Assembly: GCA_050250955.1 (NCBI GenBank)
Contig: JBFWNR010000005.1
Coordinates: 191,911 to 255,910 of the forward strand
DNA length: 64,000 nt
Source: Vicinamibacterales bacterium
GTDB taxonomy: Bacteria > Acidobacteriota > Vicinamibacteria > Vicinamibacterales > UBA2999
Reading direction: 5' to 3'
The notes beneath the pieces are model-generated. The model was not told the DNA's origin, searched no databases, and saw only the letters and a list, made by a program, of their open reading frames with translations. This document shows, in pieces, positions 53,488-61,922 of the stretch (the first letter of the stretch is position 1; the number at the start of each line of letters is the position of its first letter). The position numbers were made by a program, and so were the translations under genes.

Positions 53488-55530
53488 GTGGCACCCGTTC
53501 CCACGTCCGTCCGCTTCAAGTCCGGCCAGTCGATCGACACGTTGCCCGGCCCGCGGCCCGACGACGCCGCGGGATCGGCAGCTCCACCGCTCATCCGCGG
53601 CCGCGCGCTGGTCATCTGGGATCCGCGCCGTCCCGGCGAGCGGAAGCTCGACGCCATCGACACCGACCAGATCACGCCGGCGGCCGACTGCGTGTCCGAG
53701 TCGCTCGAGTCGCTGGACGAACGGTGGAAGGCCGGCGCCTTCCGCTACCTGATGCCCGAGTTTCGCGCCCGCGTCCACGCCGGCGAGACCTTCGTCGTCG
53801 CCGGCGACCGCTTCGCCATCGGCAGCTCGCGCGAGATGAGCCCGGCCGGCCTCAAGGCGATCGCCGAGGAAGTGGGCCGGCAGATGGTGATCGTCTGCGG
53901 CGCCGACATGGGCGACATCTTCCGGCGCAACAGCTTCAACCTCGGCCTGCACGTGGTGCAGAGCCCCGAGGCGGTGGCCGACGCCCGGGACGGCGACGAG
54001 TTCACGTTCGATCCCGCCAGCTGGGCGCTCGTCAACGTGACCCGGGACCGCACGTATGCGCCCGTGCCGCTCAGCGCCAAGGAAGACGAGATCCGCAGGA
54101 GCGGCGGGATCTTCGCGGTCGGCCGCCGCGAGTTTCGCGAGGCCTGCGCCCGGACGCCGGTGGTCGCCTGGCCCGACGCGGCCACGGCCCGCCGGCTGAG
54201 CACCACCCAGCAGATCGTGTGGGCGCACCGTGTCGACAAGGACGCGTCGGTCGAGCCCGGGGCGACGCTGCGTGTCTACGCCGACCTGCTGCCGGCGTCC
54301 GACGGCACGGCGCCGTTTGCGATCCACACCTTCAACCAGATCACCGGCGGCGCGACGATCTTTCCGCGCCAGGCGGCCGTCGCCAACGACCACTTCGTCT
54401 TCACCGGCCGGCAGGACGACGACAAGCAGACCGCCATCGGCCGCCAGTTCGCCGCCGCGCACGACATGGCGCGGCCGTACTACGCCACGCCCGGTGACGG
54501 CATCTTCCACTTCTACTTTCCCGAGCAGGGGCTGGTCGTGCCCGGGCAGTTCATCCCCGGTGCCGACTCGCACAGCCGGGCCTACGGCGCCTACGGCGCG
54601 GTCGGCATCGGCGTCGGCTCGACGACGCTCGGCTTCGGCTGGTCCACCGGCTACATCTACGTCACCATGGCCCGGCAGCGGCGGGTCCGTTTCACCGGGC
54701 GGTTGCGCGAGTGGGTCACCGGCAAGGACATCGTGCTCGAGCTGCTGCGCCGCTGGGGCGCGAAGCAGTCGCAGGGCATGTCGGTGGAGCTGGTGGATGC
54801 CGGCCGCCAGCTGCCGATGACGTTCCGCAACACCATCGCCAACATGATGGCCGAGGCCGAAGCGCTGAACGGCATCTTCGCGCCCGACGAGACCACCGCC
54901 GCCTGGTATCGCGCCAAGGGGATGACCGACCTGCCGTACCCGCCGATCGCCTGCGGCGAGGACGCCGCCTTCGACCTCGACGAGGAGCTGGCGCTCACCG
55001 ACGTCCAGCCGATGATCGCCAAGCCGTTCGCCCCCGGCAACGCCTTCGCGGCCGACGAGGTGGCCCGCGAGCGCATCACCTTCGACAAGGCGATGATCGG
55101 CTCGTGCACCAACGGCAGCTACGACGACCTGCTGTCGGCGGCGCTGGTGCTGGTGGCGGCGCGCGGCCAGGGACTGACCCGGGCAGCACGCGAGTTCGTG
55201 ATCTTCCCGGGATCGATCGGCGTGAAGCAGGCCATCGAGCGCCCCGATCCACGGCTCGGCGGCGAGTCGATCGCCGACGTCTTCCGCGGCGTCGGCGGCG
55301 TCATCCGCCATTCCTGGTGCGGCCCCTGCTTCGGCCAGGGGCAGGACGCGCTCGGCAAGGGCCAGCGCGCCATCACCTCGTTCAACCGCAACTGGCAGAA
55401 CCGCATGGGCCTGGGCGGCGAGGGCTACCTGGCGAGCCCCTCGGTGGTGGCGGCGTCGGCGCTGGCCGGCTACATGGCGCCGCCGTCGGAGCTGGGCCTG
55501 GCCTGGGACGCCGAGCGGTTCGGGATCTGA
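53488..55530 (+). CDS. aconitase-family dehydratase with permuted domain order (LeuD-like swivel domain fused N-terminal to a LeuC-like catalytic domain)
   Basis: The N-terminal approximately 200 aa carry GDRFAIGSSREMSPAGL and GDIFRRNSFNLGL (small-subunit type). The remainder carries GADSHS, GSCTNGSYDDL and CGPCFG (the three Fe-S cysteines). Only the last 680 codons of ORF 50575-55530 are credible. Confidence 0.85.
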   Translation: MAPVPTSVRFKSGQSIDTLPGPRPDDAAGSAAPPLIRGRALVIWDPRRPGERKLDAIDTDQITPAADCVSESLESLDERWKAGAFRYLMPEFRARVHAGETFVVAGDRFAIGSSREMSPAGLKAIAEEVGRQMVIVCGADMGDIFRRNSFNLGLHVVQSPEAVADARDGDEFTFDPASWALVNVTRDRTYAPVPLSAKEDEIRRSGGIFAVGRREFREACARTPVVAWPDAATARRLSTTQQIVWAHRVDKDASVEPGATLRVYADLLPASDGTAPFAIHTFNQITGGATIFPRQAAVANDHFVFTGRQDDDKQTAIGRQFAAAHDMARPYYATPGDGIFHFYFPEQGLVVPGQFIPGADSHSRAYGAYGAVGIGVGSTTLGFGWSTGYIYVTMARQRRVRFTGRLREWVTGKDIVLELLRRWGAKQSQGMSVELVDAGRQLPMTFRNTIANMMAEAEALNGIFAPDETTAAWYRAKGMTDLPYPPIACGEDAAFDLDEELALTDVQPMIAKPFAPGNAFAADEVARERITFDKAMIGSCTNGSYDDLLSAALVLVAARGQGLTRAAREFVIFPGSIGVKQAIERPDPRLGGESIADVFRGVGGVIRHSWCGPCFGQGQDALGKGQRAITSFNRNWQNRMGLGGEGYLASPSVVAASALAGYMAPPSELGLAWDAERFGI

Positions 55531-55542
55531 TCTCTGCAGATC

Positions 55543-55562
55543 GGCAGCTCTGAAGAGCTGCC
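55543..55562 (+). terminator. stem-loop GGCAGCTC-tgaa-GAGCTGCC 13 nt after the aconitase-family stop
   Basis: 8-bp perfect stem with a tetraloop. There is no U-tract, so function as an intrinsic terminator is uncertain. Confidence 0.45.
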
Positions 55563-55658
55563 CGACGTTCATCAGCACGTCTTCAGCTCGGCCGACTGGC
55601 CGGATCGCCGATACTGGCCGCCACTGCCGGGCCGTCGAGCCCGGGAACGAGGCCCGCC

Positions 55659-56576
55659 ATGACCCGCATCGTCGCCGCGCTCGTCGTCCTGCTGTCGCTG
55701 ACTGCGACCGCCCGCGCCCAGACCAACCCCTTGTGGCAGGAAGGCAAGGTGAAGAACTACCTGCCGCACATGACCTGGCCCGAGGTGCGCGACCTGCTGA
55801 CGCGCACCGACATGGTCATCATCCCGGTAGCCTCGCTCGAAGAGCACGGCCACCAGGGGCCGATCGGCACTGACTTCCTGAACGGACTGGAACGCGCGAA
55901 GCTCGTCGCGCAGGCCACCGACGTCCTGGTGGCGCCGATTCTGTTCCCCGGCAACTCGCCGTACCACATGGCGTTCCCGGGGACGATCACGCTGCCGGCC
56001 GAGACCATCCAGCTGGTCTACTTCCAGGCCGTGCAGAGCCTCATCCGCCATGGCTTCAAGCGCTTCCTGCTGCTCAACAGCCACGGCGGCAACCAGGCGA
56101 TCACCCGCTACGTCGTCGATCGCATCAACCAGGAGACCGCGGGCATCGCCGTGGAGCTGGGCGAGGCGGCCGAGCCGTTCCTGAAGCGCTCCACCCGTCA
56201 GGAGCCGCGGGAGTTCGACCGCCACGGCGGCGTCAACGAGACCTCGGCGTCGCTCTATTTGACGCCGACCCTCGTGGACATGTCGGCGGCCCGGGTTGCG
56301 CCGCTGACCCTGCCGCCGCACCTGCAGAAGATGCTGCCCGACGTCATCGAGGGCGATCCCACGGCCACCCGGGTGTTTCTCGCTGAGTCGCTCAAGTCCG
56401 AGGAGACCGGCAAAGGGACCTCGACGCGCGAGATGACCGCCACCGGCGTATGGAGCCAGCGCGAGCTGGGTGCCGCGTCGGCCGAGCGCGGCCGCGAGGA
56501 GGCCGAGGCGTTCGTCGCCGCGGCGACGGCGTTCATCGAACGCTGGAAGCAGCTGCGGCCGCTCGGCACGAAGTAA
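55659..56576 (+). CDS. creatininase (creatinine amidohydrolase) family protein, with a signal peptide
   Basis: Carries VIIPVASLEEHGHQGPIGTD, LLLNSHGGN and DRHGGVNETS. Confidence 0.85.
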   Translation: MTRIVAALVVLLSLTATARAQTNPLWQEGKVKNYLPHMTWPEVRDLLTRTDMVIIPVASLEEHGHQGPIGTDFLNGLERAKLVAQATDVLVAPILFPGNSPYHMAFPGTITLPAETIQLVYFQAVQSLIRHGFKRFLLLNSHGGNQAITRYVVDRINQETAGIAVELGEAAEPFLKRSTRQEPREFDRHGGVNETSASLYLTPTLVDMSAARVAPLTLPPHLQKMLPDVIEGDPTATRVFLAESLKSEETGKGTSTREMTATGVWSQRELGAASAERGREEAEAFVAAATAFIERWKQLRPLGTK

Positions 56577-56579
56577 GAT
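56574..56579 (+). promoter_or_regulatory. -10-like TAAGAT box 8 nt upstream of ATG 56588 (overlaps the upstream stop codon)
   Basis: The sequence reads TAAGAT-cgccggcc-ATG. Confidence 0.35.
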
Positions 56580-56587
56580 CGCCGGCC

Positions 56588-57742
56588 ATGACCCGCGCCC
56601 TCTGTCTGCCGGTGCTGCTCGGACTGGTCGTGCTCGCGGCGGGACCGCAGGCCCAGGCGCCCGCCCCGGTCAACGCGCCGCCGCCCGCGCCGGCGGTCGA
56701 TCCAGGCCCGGTCGGCCCCAGCCCCTATGACGTCGTCCGCGGCTGGCACAAGCCATTTGCCGCGCCGGGCTTCGCCTTCGGCGGCAACTCCGGCGTCTTC
56801 GCCGAGTCGCCCGATCGCATCTTCGTGGCGCAGCGGGGCGAGTTCCGGCTGCCCGATCCGGTGCCGGCCGGCTTTGCCGGCTTCGCCGGGTCGCTCAAGA
56901 TGAACGTCCTGACGCTCACCGATCGCCGGGTGTGGCGGAACTGCCTCTACACGCTCGACAAGGACGGCCGCGTCAAGGAGCGTTGGACGCAGTGGGACAG
57001 GCTCTGTGAAGGCTCGGATGGTCCCGGACCGCATCGCCTGCGCATCAGCCCCTACGATCCGGCGCGGCGCGTCTGGCTGGTCAACGAGACGTTCCATCAG
57101 ATCTACGTGTTCTCGAACGATGGCAAGGAACTGCTGACGACGCTCGGCGAGAAGAACGTCCCTGGTGCCGACGCGACCCACTTCGCCAAGCCGCAGGACG
57201 TGGCGTTCCTGCCCGACGGCCGCATCCTCATCGCCGACGGCCTCGACAACCACCGGGTGATGATCTTCGACAAGGACCTGCGATACCTCGGCGAGTTCGG
57301 CGGCAAGGGCACCGGGCCGGGACAGTTCAACGGGGTGCACGCCGTGGCCGTCGGCCCGGGCGGCCGCATCTTCGCGCTCGACCGCTCAGGCGGGCGCGTG
57401 AACGTCTTCCGCACCACGAGCGATCCGGCCAAGGTCGAGTTCGTGGCGGCGTGGCCGGGCTTCTCGCTGCCGCTCGACCTCATCGTCAACGACGACGCGG
57501 TGTGGATGACCGATCTCAAGCCGCTGCGCTTCGTGAAGCTGGACTTCGGCGGCACGCGCCTCTACACCTGGATGGTGCCGCCGGATCTGCCCGACGGCTA
57601 TCTCGAGGTCCACACCTTCTCGGTGGACTCGGCCGGCAACCTCTACGGCGGCGACAACCAGTACGGGCGGACGCAGAAATTCGTGCCCAAGCCGGGCGCC
57701 GATCCGAAGCTGCTCATCAAGGGGCCGTGGCGCGCGAAGTGA
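56588..57742 (+). CDS. secreted NHL-repeat beta-propeller protein
   Basis: The signal peptide is MTRALCLPVLLGLVVLAAGPQAQA. NHL-type repeats are present (DNHRVMIFDKDLRYLGEFGGKGTGPGQFNGVHAVAVGPGGRIFALD). Confidence 0.75.
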   Translation: MTRALCLPVLLGLVVLAAGPQAQAPAPVNAPPPAPAVDPGPVGPSPYDVVRGWHKPFAAPGFAFGGNSGVFAESPDRIFVAQRGEFRLPDPVPAGFAGFAGSLKMNVLTLTDRRVWRNCLYTLDKDGRVKERWTQWDRLCEGSDGPGPHRLRISPYDPARRVWLVNETFHQIYVFSNDGKELLTTLGEKNVPGADATHFAKPQDVAFLPDGRILIADGLDNHRVMIFDKDLRYLGEFGGKGTGPGQFNGVHAVAVGPGGRIFALDRSGGRVNVFRTTSDPAKVEFVAAWPGFSLPLDLIVNDDAVWMTDLKPLRFVKLDFGGTRLYTWMVPPDLPDGYLEVHTFSVDSAGNLYGGDNQYGRTQKFVPKPGADPKLLIKGPWRAK

Positions 57743-59133
57743 GACGACGCCTCGGGTTCGCCCTGGTCGTCGTGGCTCTGGCCGGGTGCCCCCAAGCCTC
57801 CGGCTGGCAGGCGGATCCGGGAGCGATCGCAAAGGCCGAGGCCGCGGTCAGCGCGGCCTTTACGGCCAGCGGTGCGCCAGGCGCGATCGTCACCGTGGTG
57901 AGCGGCGATACGGTTGTGTGGACGCGGGCGTACGGCGTCGCGAATATCGAGACCGGTGCGGCCATCACCGCCGACACGCTGTTCCAGATCGGCTCGGTGA
58001 CCAAGACGTTCACCGCCGCCGCCGTGCTGGCAGCGAGTGCTCAGGGCGTCGTCGCACTCGACCGGCCGGTGAGGACCTACATCCCGGGTTTGACGCCGTG
58101 TGTGGGCGCGCCGACGCTCTCCCAGCTGCTGTCGCACACCGGCGGCATCATCGACGAGCCGGACGAGTACGGGCCCCAGGGCGAGGACGGACTGGGCGCC
58201 TACCAGCGTACGTGGACCAGCGAGTACTGCATGCTCCCACCCGGCCGCGCGTTCTCGTACTCCAACTCCGGCTTCGCGCTGGCCGGGCTGGCACTGCAGG
58301 AGGCCGAGAAGAAGCCGTTCGCCGACGTGATGCGGGCGCGGGTCCTCGACCCGCTCGGCATGACGCGGACGACGTTCCGGCCCACCGAGGCGATGACCTG
58401 GCCGCTCGCAGTGGGCCATCGCCGCGACAAGGACGGGAAATTCACGGTGGTGCGGCCGCTCGCCAACGACGCGCGGCTGTGGCCGGCCGGGACGCTCTAT
58501 TCGAGCGCCACCGAGATGGCGCGGTTTGCGACGGCGCTGTTGCACGACGGAAAGGTCTCGGGTGCGCCGGGCCTGCCAGCCGGGATCGTCGAACGCATGC
58601 GCGCCCGGATCGCCGAGATCCCGACGACGGGGCAGGCCTACGGACTTGGCCTGTTCCACGATTCGTTCCGTCGTTACGGCCACGGCGGGACGATGACTGG
58701 TTACGTCGCCCGGATGGACGTCGATCCGTCTTCGCGACTGGCGGTGATCGTGATGACCAACGGCGACAACGCCAACGCCGCCGAGCTGGCTCGCAGGGGA
58801 CGCATCCTGGGTCTGGCGCTTCGCGACGTCGCCGAAACGACCATTGACGAACCTCCGGCCTACAAACCGCAGCTCCTCGGCGGGGACGCGGCGCGCTATG
58901 TCGGGACGTTCCGCAACCCGCGGCGTTTCACCGTGGAAGTCTTGCGGGCGGGCGATGGCCTCGTTCTCAAACGCTTCGGCCGCGACTTTTCGATGCGCTA
59001 CTACGCGCCGGGCCATTTCCTCGTCGATCTGCCGCGCGGCAGGGTGGAGAGCATCAGGTTCGGCCTGCCCGACAGTGGCCCGGCCGACTACCTGCAGATG
59101 AACCTCTGGGCGCTGGCCCGGGTGGCCAGGTAG
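57739..59133 (+). CDS. beta-lactamase-fold serine hydrolase (class C / DD-peptidase-like), lipoprotein
   Basis: A GTG at 57739 overlaps the upstream stop (GTGA). The lipobox is LAGC, the SxxK motif is SVTK, and YSNSG is present. Confidence 0.85.
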   Translation: MRRRLGFALVVVALAGCPQASGWQADPGAIAKAEAAVSAAFTASGAPGAIVTVVSGDTVVWTRAYGVANIETGAAITADTLFQIGSVTKTFTAAAVLAASAQGVVALDRPVRTYIPGLTPCVGAPTLSQLLSHTGGIIDEPDEYGPQGEDGLGAYQRTWTSEYCMLPPGRAFSYSNSGFALAGLALQEAEKKPFADVMRARVLDPLGMTRTTFRPTEAMTWPLAVGHRRDKDGKFTVVRPLANDARLWPAGTLYSSATEMARFATALLHDGKVSGAPGLPAGIVERMRARIAEIPTTGQAYGLGLFHDSFRRYGHGGTMTGYVARMDVDPSSRLAVIVMTNGDNANAAELARRGRILGLALRDVAETTIDEPPAYKPQLLGGDAARYVGTFRNPRRFTVEVLRAGDGLVLKRFGRDFSMRYYAPGHFLVDLPRGRVESIRFGLPDSGPADYLQMNLWALARVAR

Positions 59134-59140
59134 CGCCCGC

Positions 59141-60895
59141 GTGTCCTTACGTCTTGCGCATGCGGTCGGTCTCGCCGCGATCGCGCTGTCCGCATTCCCC
59201 GGTGTCGCCGCGGCACAGTCCACGACTGAGATCGAGAGTGCCCTCCAGGCGCTGGCGGGCGGCGCCAATCAGTACGCCGTCGAGGCCATCGGCCTGACTC
59301 CCGACGGCCAGCGGATCATGGCGCTCGAACCGGCGCTGCCGCCGGTAGCCAACCAGCGACGGGTGATCCTGGTCGGCGGCCTCGACGGCACGGCCGAGGC
59401 CACGCGGGCCGTGCTCGACGTGCTGGCGTGGAGCAGCGAGTCCGGCGCCGTCATCAGCAGCAACCGCCGCCGCTGGCAGGTGGCCGGGGTGCCGTGCGTG
59501 CTGCCGGGCCGGTGCGATGTCCAGGGAGCCGCGCGGGCCTCTGCCGCTGCCGTGGCGCCGTTCCCGCCCGACAAGGGCTTCTTCGACGCCCCGCAGGATC
59601 GAGAAGCGCGCTACCTGTGGCGCTGGGTGACGATGGCGGGGCCCGATTTGGTCGTGGAGGTCCGCAGCGGCGACCGGCTCGCGTGGACGGCGAACGCGCT
59701 GGCGTCGAGGCTGGTGACCGGCGCGACGCCCGCGGCGCCCGACTCCCTGGCCGGCGCTCTCGGCACCGGCGCGCCGTCAGGTCTGGCGCCGGTTGCCGCG
59801 CTGCAGGTGAGCGGCCCGACCCCGGCCGTGGTCGCGGCACTCCGCCAGCTGCTCGAACGTCGCCCGCCGAACGATCCATCGCCGCTGCACCGGGTGTTCA
59901 CGACCCGCCGAGCGCGCCGTCCGCTCGACCTTGCCCGGATGCTCGCCGGCCAGTATCCCGCGACACCGTCGATGAGCTACATCCCGGCGCTGTCGTGGAG
60001 CGGCGCGCTCCGTGTCTCGGCGCTCACCGGCGATCCGCAGTATCGCGACCGCGCGCTGGCGCAGATGCAGCCATTCCTGTCCGGGGCGCGACCCGCCATC
60101 ACCGAACCGCACCTGCTCACGAGTCTCGCCGGCCACCAGGCGCTCTTCGATCTCGCCGGGCGCGGCGGTCCGCCCGAGGCCCGCTCTCGGGCGCTCACGG
60201 CCGCGGACTTCATCCTCGGCCAGACCGACGATGAGATCGTCCGCTTCGCCACGTCGTGGACCGACGACATGTTCATGGCCACCTCGGTCCTGGCCCGCGC
60301 CGCCGCCGCCACCGGCGAGGCGAAGTACGCCGACGCGGCTGCCCGCCTGCTCACCACCTACGTCGGTCGGCTCCAGCGCGAGGACCGCCTCTTCATCCAC
60401 GCGCAGAGCGGCCCGCACGCCTGGGGCCGCGGCAACGGCTTTGCGGCCTTCGGGCTGATGGAAGCGCTGACGCACCTGCCGGAGTCGTGGCCGGCGCGCG
60501 CCGACGTCCTCGCTGCCTTCCAGCGGCTGATGAACGGCCTGCGACGCTATCAGGCGGCCGACGGCGCCTGGCACCAGGTGGTGGACGAGCCGGGCACCTA
60601 CCGTGAGTTCACCGTGACGGCGATGACCGTGGCGGCGATGGCCCGCGGCGTGCGCCTGGGGTGGCTCGATCGCAGCTACCGCGAGGTCGTGGACAAGGGC
60701 TGGCGGGCCGTGCTGTCCCGCGTCGCCGACGATGGGTCGCTCGTGGACGTCTGCACCGGCACCGGTGCCGGACAGAACGCCAACCGCGAGTACTATCTCA
60801 CCCGGCCGGCCCTCTTCGGCCGTGACGACCGCGGCGGCGCGATGGCGCTCACCGCCGCCCTCGAAGTGCACGCACTGGTCAACACCGCGCCGTGA
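59141..60895 (+). CDS. secreted two-domain protein with a C-terminal GH88/GH105-like (unsaturated glucuronyl/rhamnogalacturonyl hydrolase) alpha-barrel
   Basis: The C-terminal half contains WTDDMFMA, WGRGNGFAAFGL and FTVTAMTVAAM. The N-terminal approximately 230 aa are unassigned. Confidence 0.7.
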   Translation: MSLRLAHAVGLAAIALSAFPGVAAAQSTTEIESALQALAGGANQYAVEAIGLTPDGQRIMALEPALPPVANQRRVILVGGLDGTAEATRAVLDVLAWSSESGAVISSNRRRWQVAGVPCVLPGRCDVQGAARASAAAVAPFPPDKGFFDAPQDREARYLWRWVTMAGPDLVVEVRSGDRLAWTANALASRLVTGATPAAPDSLAGALGTGAPSGLAPVAALQVSGPTPAVVAALRQLLERRPPNDPSPLHRVFTTRRARRPLDLARMLAGQYPATPSMSYIPALSWSGALRVSALTGDPQYRDRALAQMQPFLSGARPAITEPHLLTSLAGHQALFDLAGRGGPPEARSRALTAADFILGQTDDEIVRFATSWTDDMFMATSVLARAAAATGEAKYADAAARLLTTYVGRLQREDRLFIHAQSGPHAWGRGNGFAAFGLMEALTHLPESWPARADVLAAFQRLMNGLRRYQAADGAWHQVVDEPGTYREFTVTAMTVAAMARGVRLGWLDRSYREVVDKGWRAVLSRVADDGSLVDVCTGTGAGQNANREYYLTRPALFGRDDRGGAMALTAALEVHALVNTAP

Positions 60896-60957
60896 ACGTT
60901 CGCGCCCGGGAACACGAAGCGCGGAGCTTCGGCTCCGCCGTCTGCTGGAGACACCAC

Positions 60958-61914
60958 ATGCGACGTGCGATCGCCTTCGCTCTGGCCACGCTGACCGTCG
61001 CCTGCAGTGCCCAGGCGCCCACCCAGCCGCCGGCGTCCGCAACACCCGAGGCGGCTGGGGGCACCGCGCGGCCGGCCTCGCTCCAGGCCCTGCTCGACGC
61101 CGAACTGCCGAAGATTCCCGCCCGCGCCGGCATCTGGGTCAAGCACCTCACGACGGGCGAAGAAGGCGCCGTCCGCGCCGACGAGGTCTTCAACAGCGCC
61201 AGCGTGATCAAGATCCCGGTGGCGATCCAGGCCCTCGAGATGGGCGCCGCCGGGCGCATCGACCTGGGCCGGCGGATCACGCTCACTGCTGCCGACGTGC
61301 GCGGCGGCTCGGGGATCTTCCGCTATCACGACGCCGGTCTCCAGCCGACCATCCGCGACGTCCTGCTGCAGATGATCATCACCAGCGACAACACCGCCAC
61401 CGACCTGGCGATCGCGCAGGTGGGCGGCGTGGCCAGCGTGAACGCGTGGCTGGCCCAGGCCGGCTACGCCGGCGGCATGACCCTGACCCAGACGACCGGC
61501 GAGCTCTTCGCCAAGTACAACGCGCTGACCCCGGCCGACGATCGCAACGCGAAGACGAACGGCGATCGCGCCTACTGGCTCGGCGAGCTGACGCCGCGGG
61601 CGATGGGGCGGATGCTGGAGGCGATCGAGAACCGGGCGTTGCCGTCCAAGGAGGGCGCCGAGGAGCTGCTGCGGATGCTGCGGGCCCAGCAGGCCGGGGC
61701 GCGCCGCCTGCCGCACTTCCTGACCGGGGTGGCGGTGGCCCACAAGACCGGCGACTTCCCGCCGGTGCTCGCCAACGACGTCGGCATCCTCTACGCGAAG
61801 AGCGGCGCCATCGTCATGTCGTTCTTCCTCAACGAGATCACCGGCAACTACGGCGAGGCCGAGGACCACATGGGCCGCGTGGCCCTGCGGGTGGTGGAGT
61901 ACTTCGACCGATAA
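60958..61914 (+). CDS. class A beta-lactamase-related serine hydrolase (lipoprotein)
   Basis: Carries SxxK (SASVIK), SDN (ITSDNTA) and KTG (AHKTGD). A GGAGA RBS lies upstream. Confidence 0.8.
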   Translation: MRRAIAFALATLTVACSAQAPTQPPASATPEAAGGTARPASLQALLDAELPKIPARAGIWVKHLTTGEEGAVRADEVFNSASVIKIPVAIQALEMGAAGRIDLGRRITLTAADVRGGSGIFRYHDAGLQPTIRDVLLQMIITSDNTATDLAIAQVGGVASVNAWLAQAGYAGGMTLTQTTGELFAKYNALTPADDRNAKTNGDRAYWLGELTPRAMGRMLEAIENRALPSKEGAEELLRMLRAQQAGARRLPHFLTGVAVAHKTGDFPPVLANDVGILYAKSGAIVMSFFLNEITGNYGEAEDHMGRVALRVVEYFDR

Positions 61915-61922
61915 GCTGGCTG

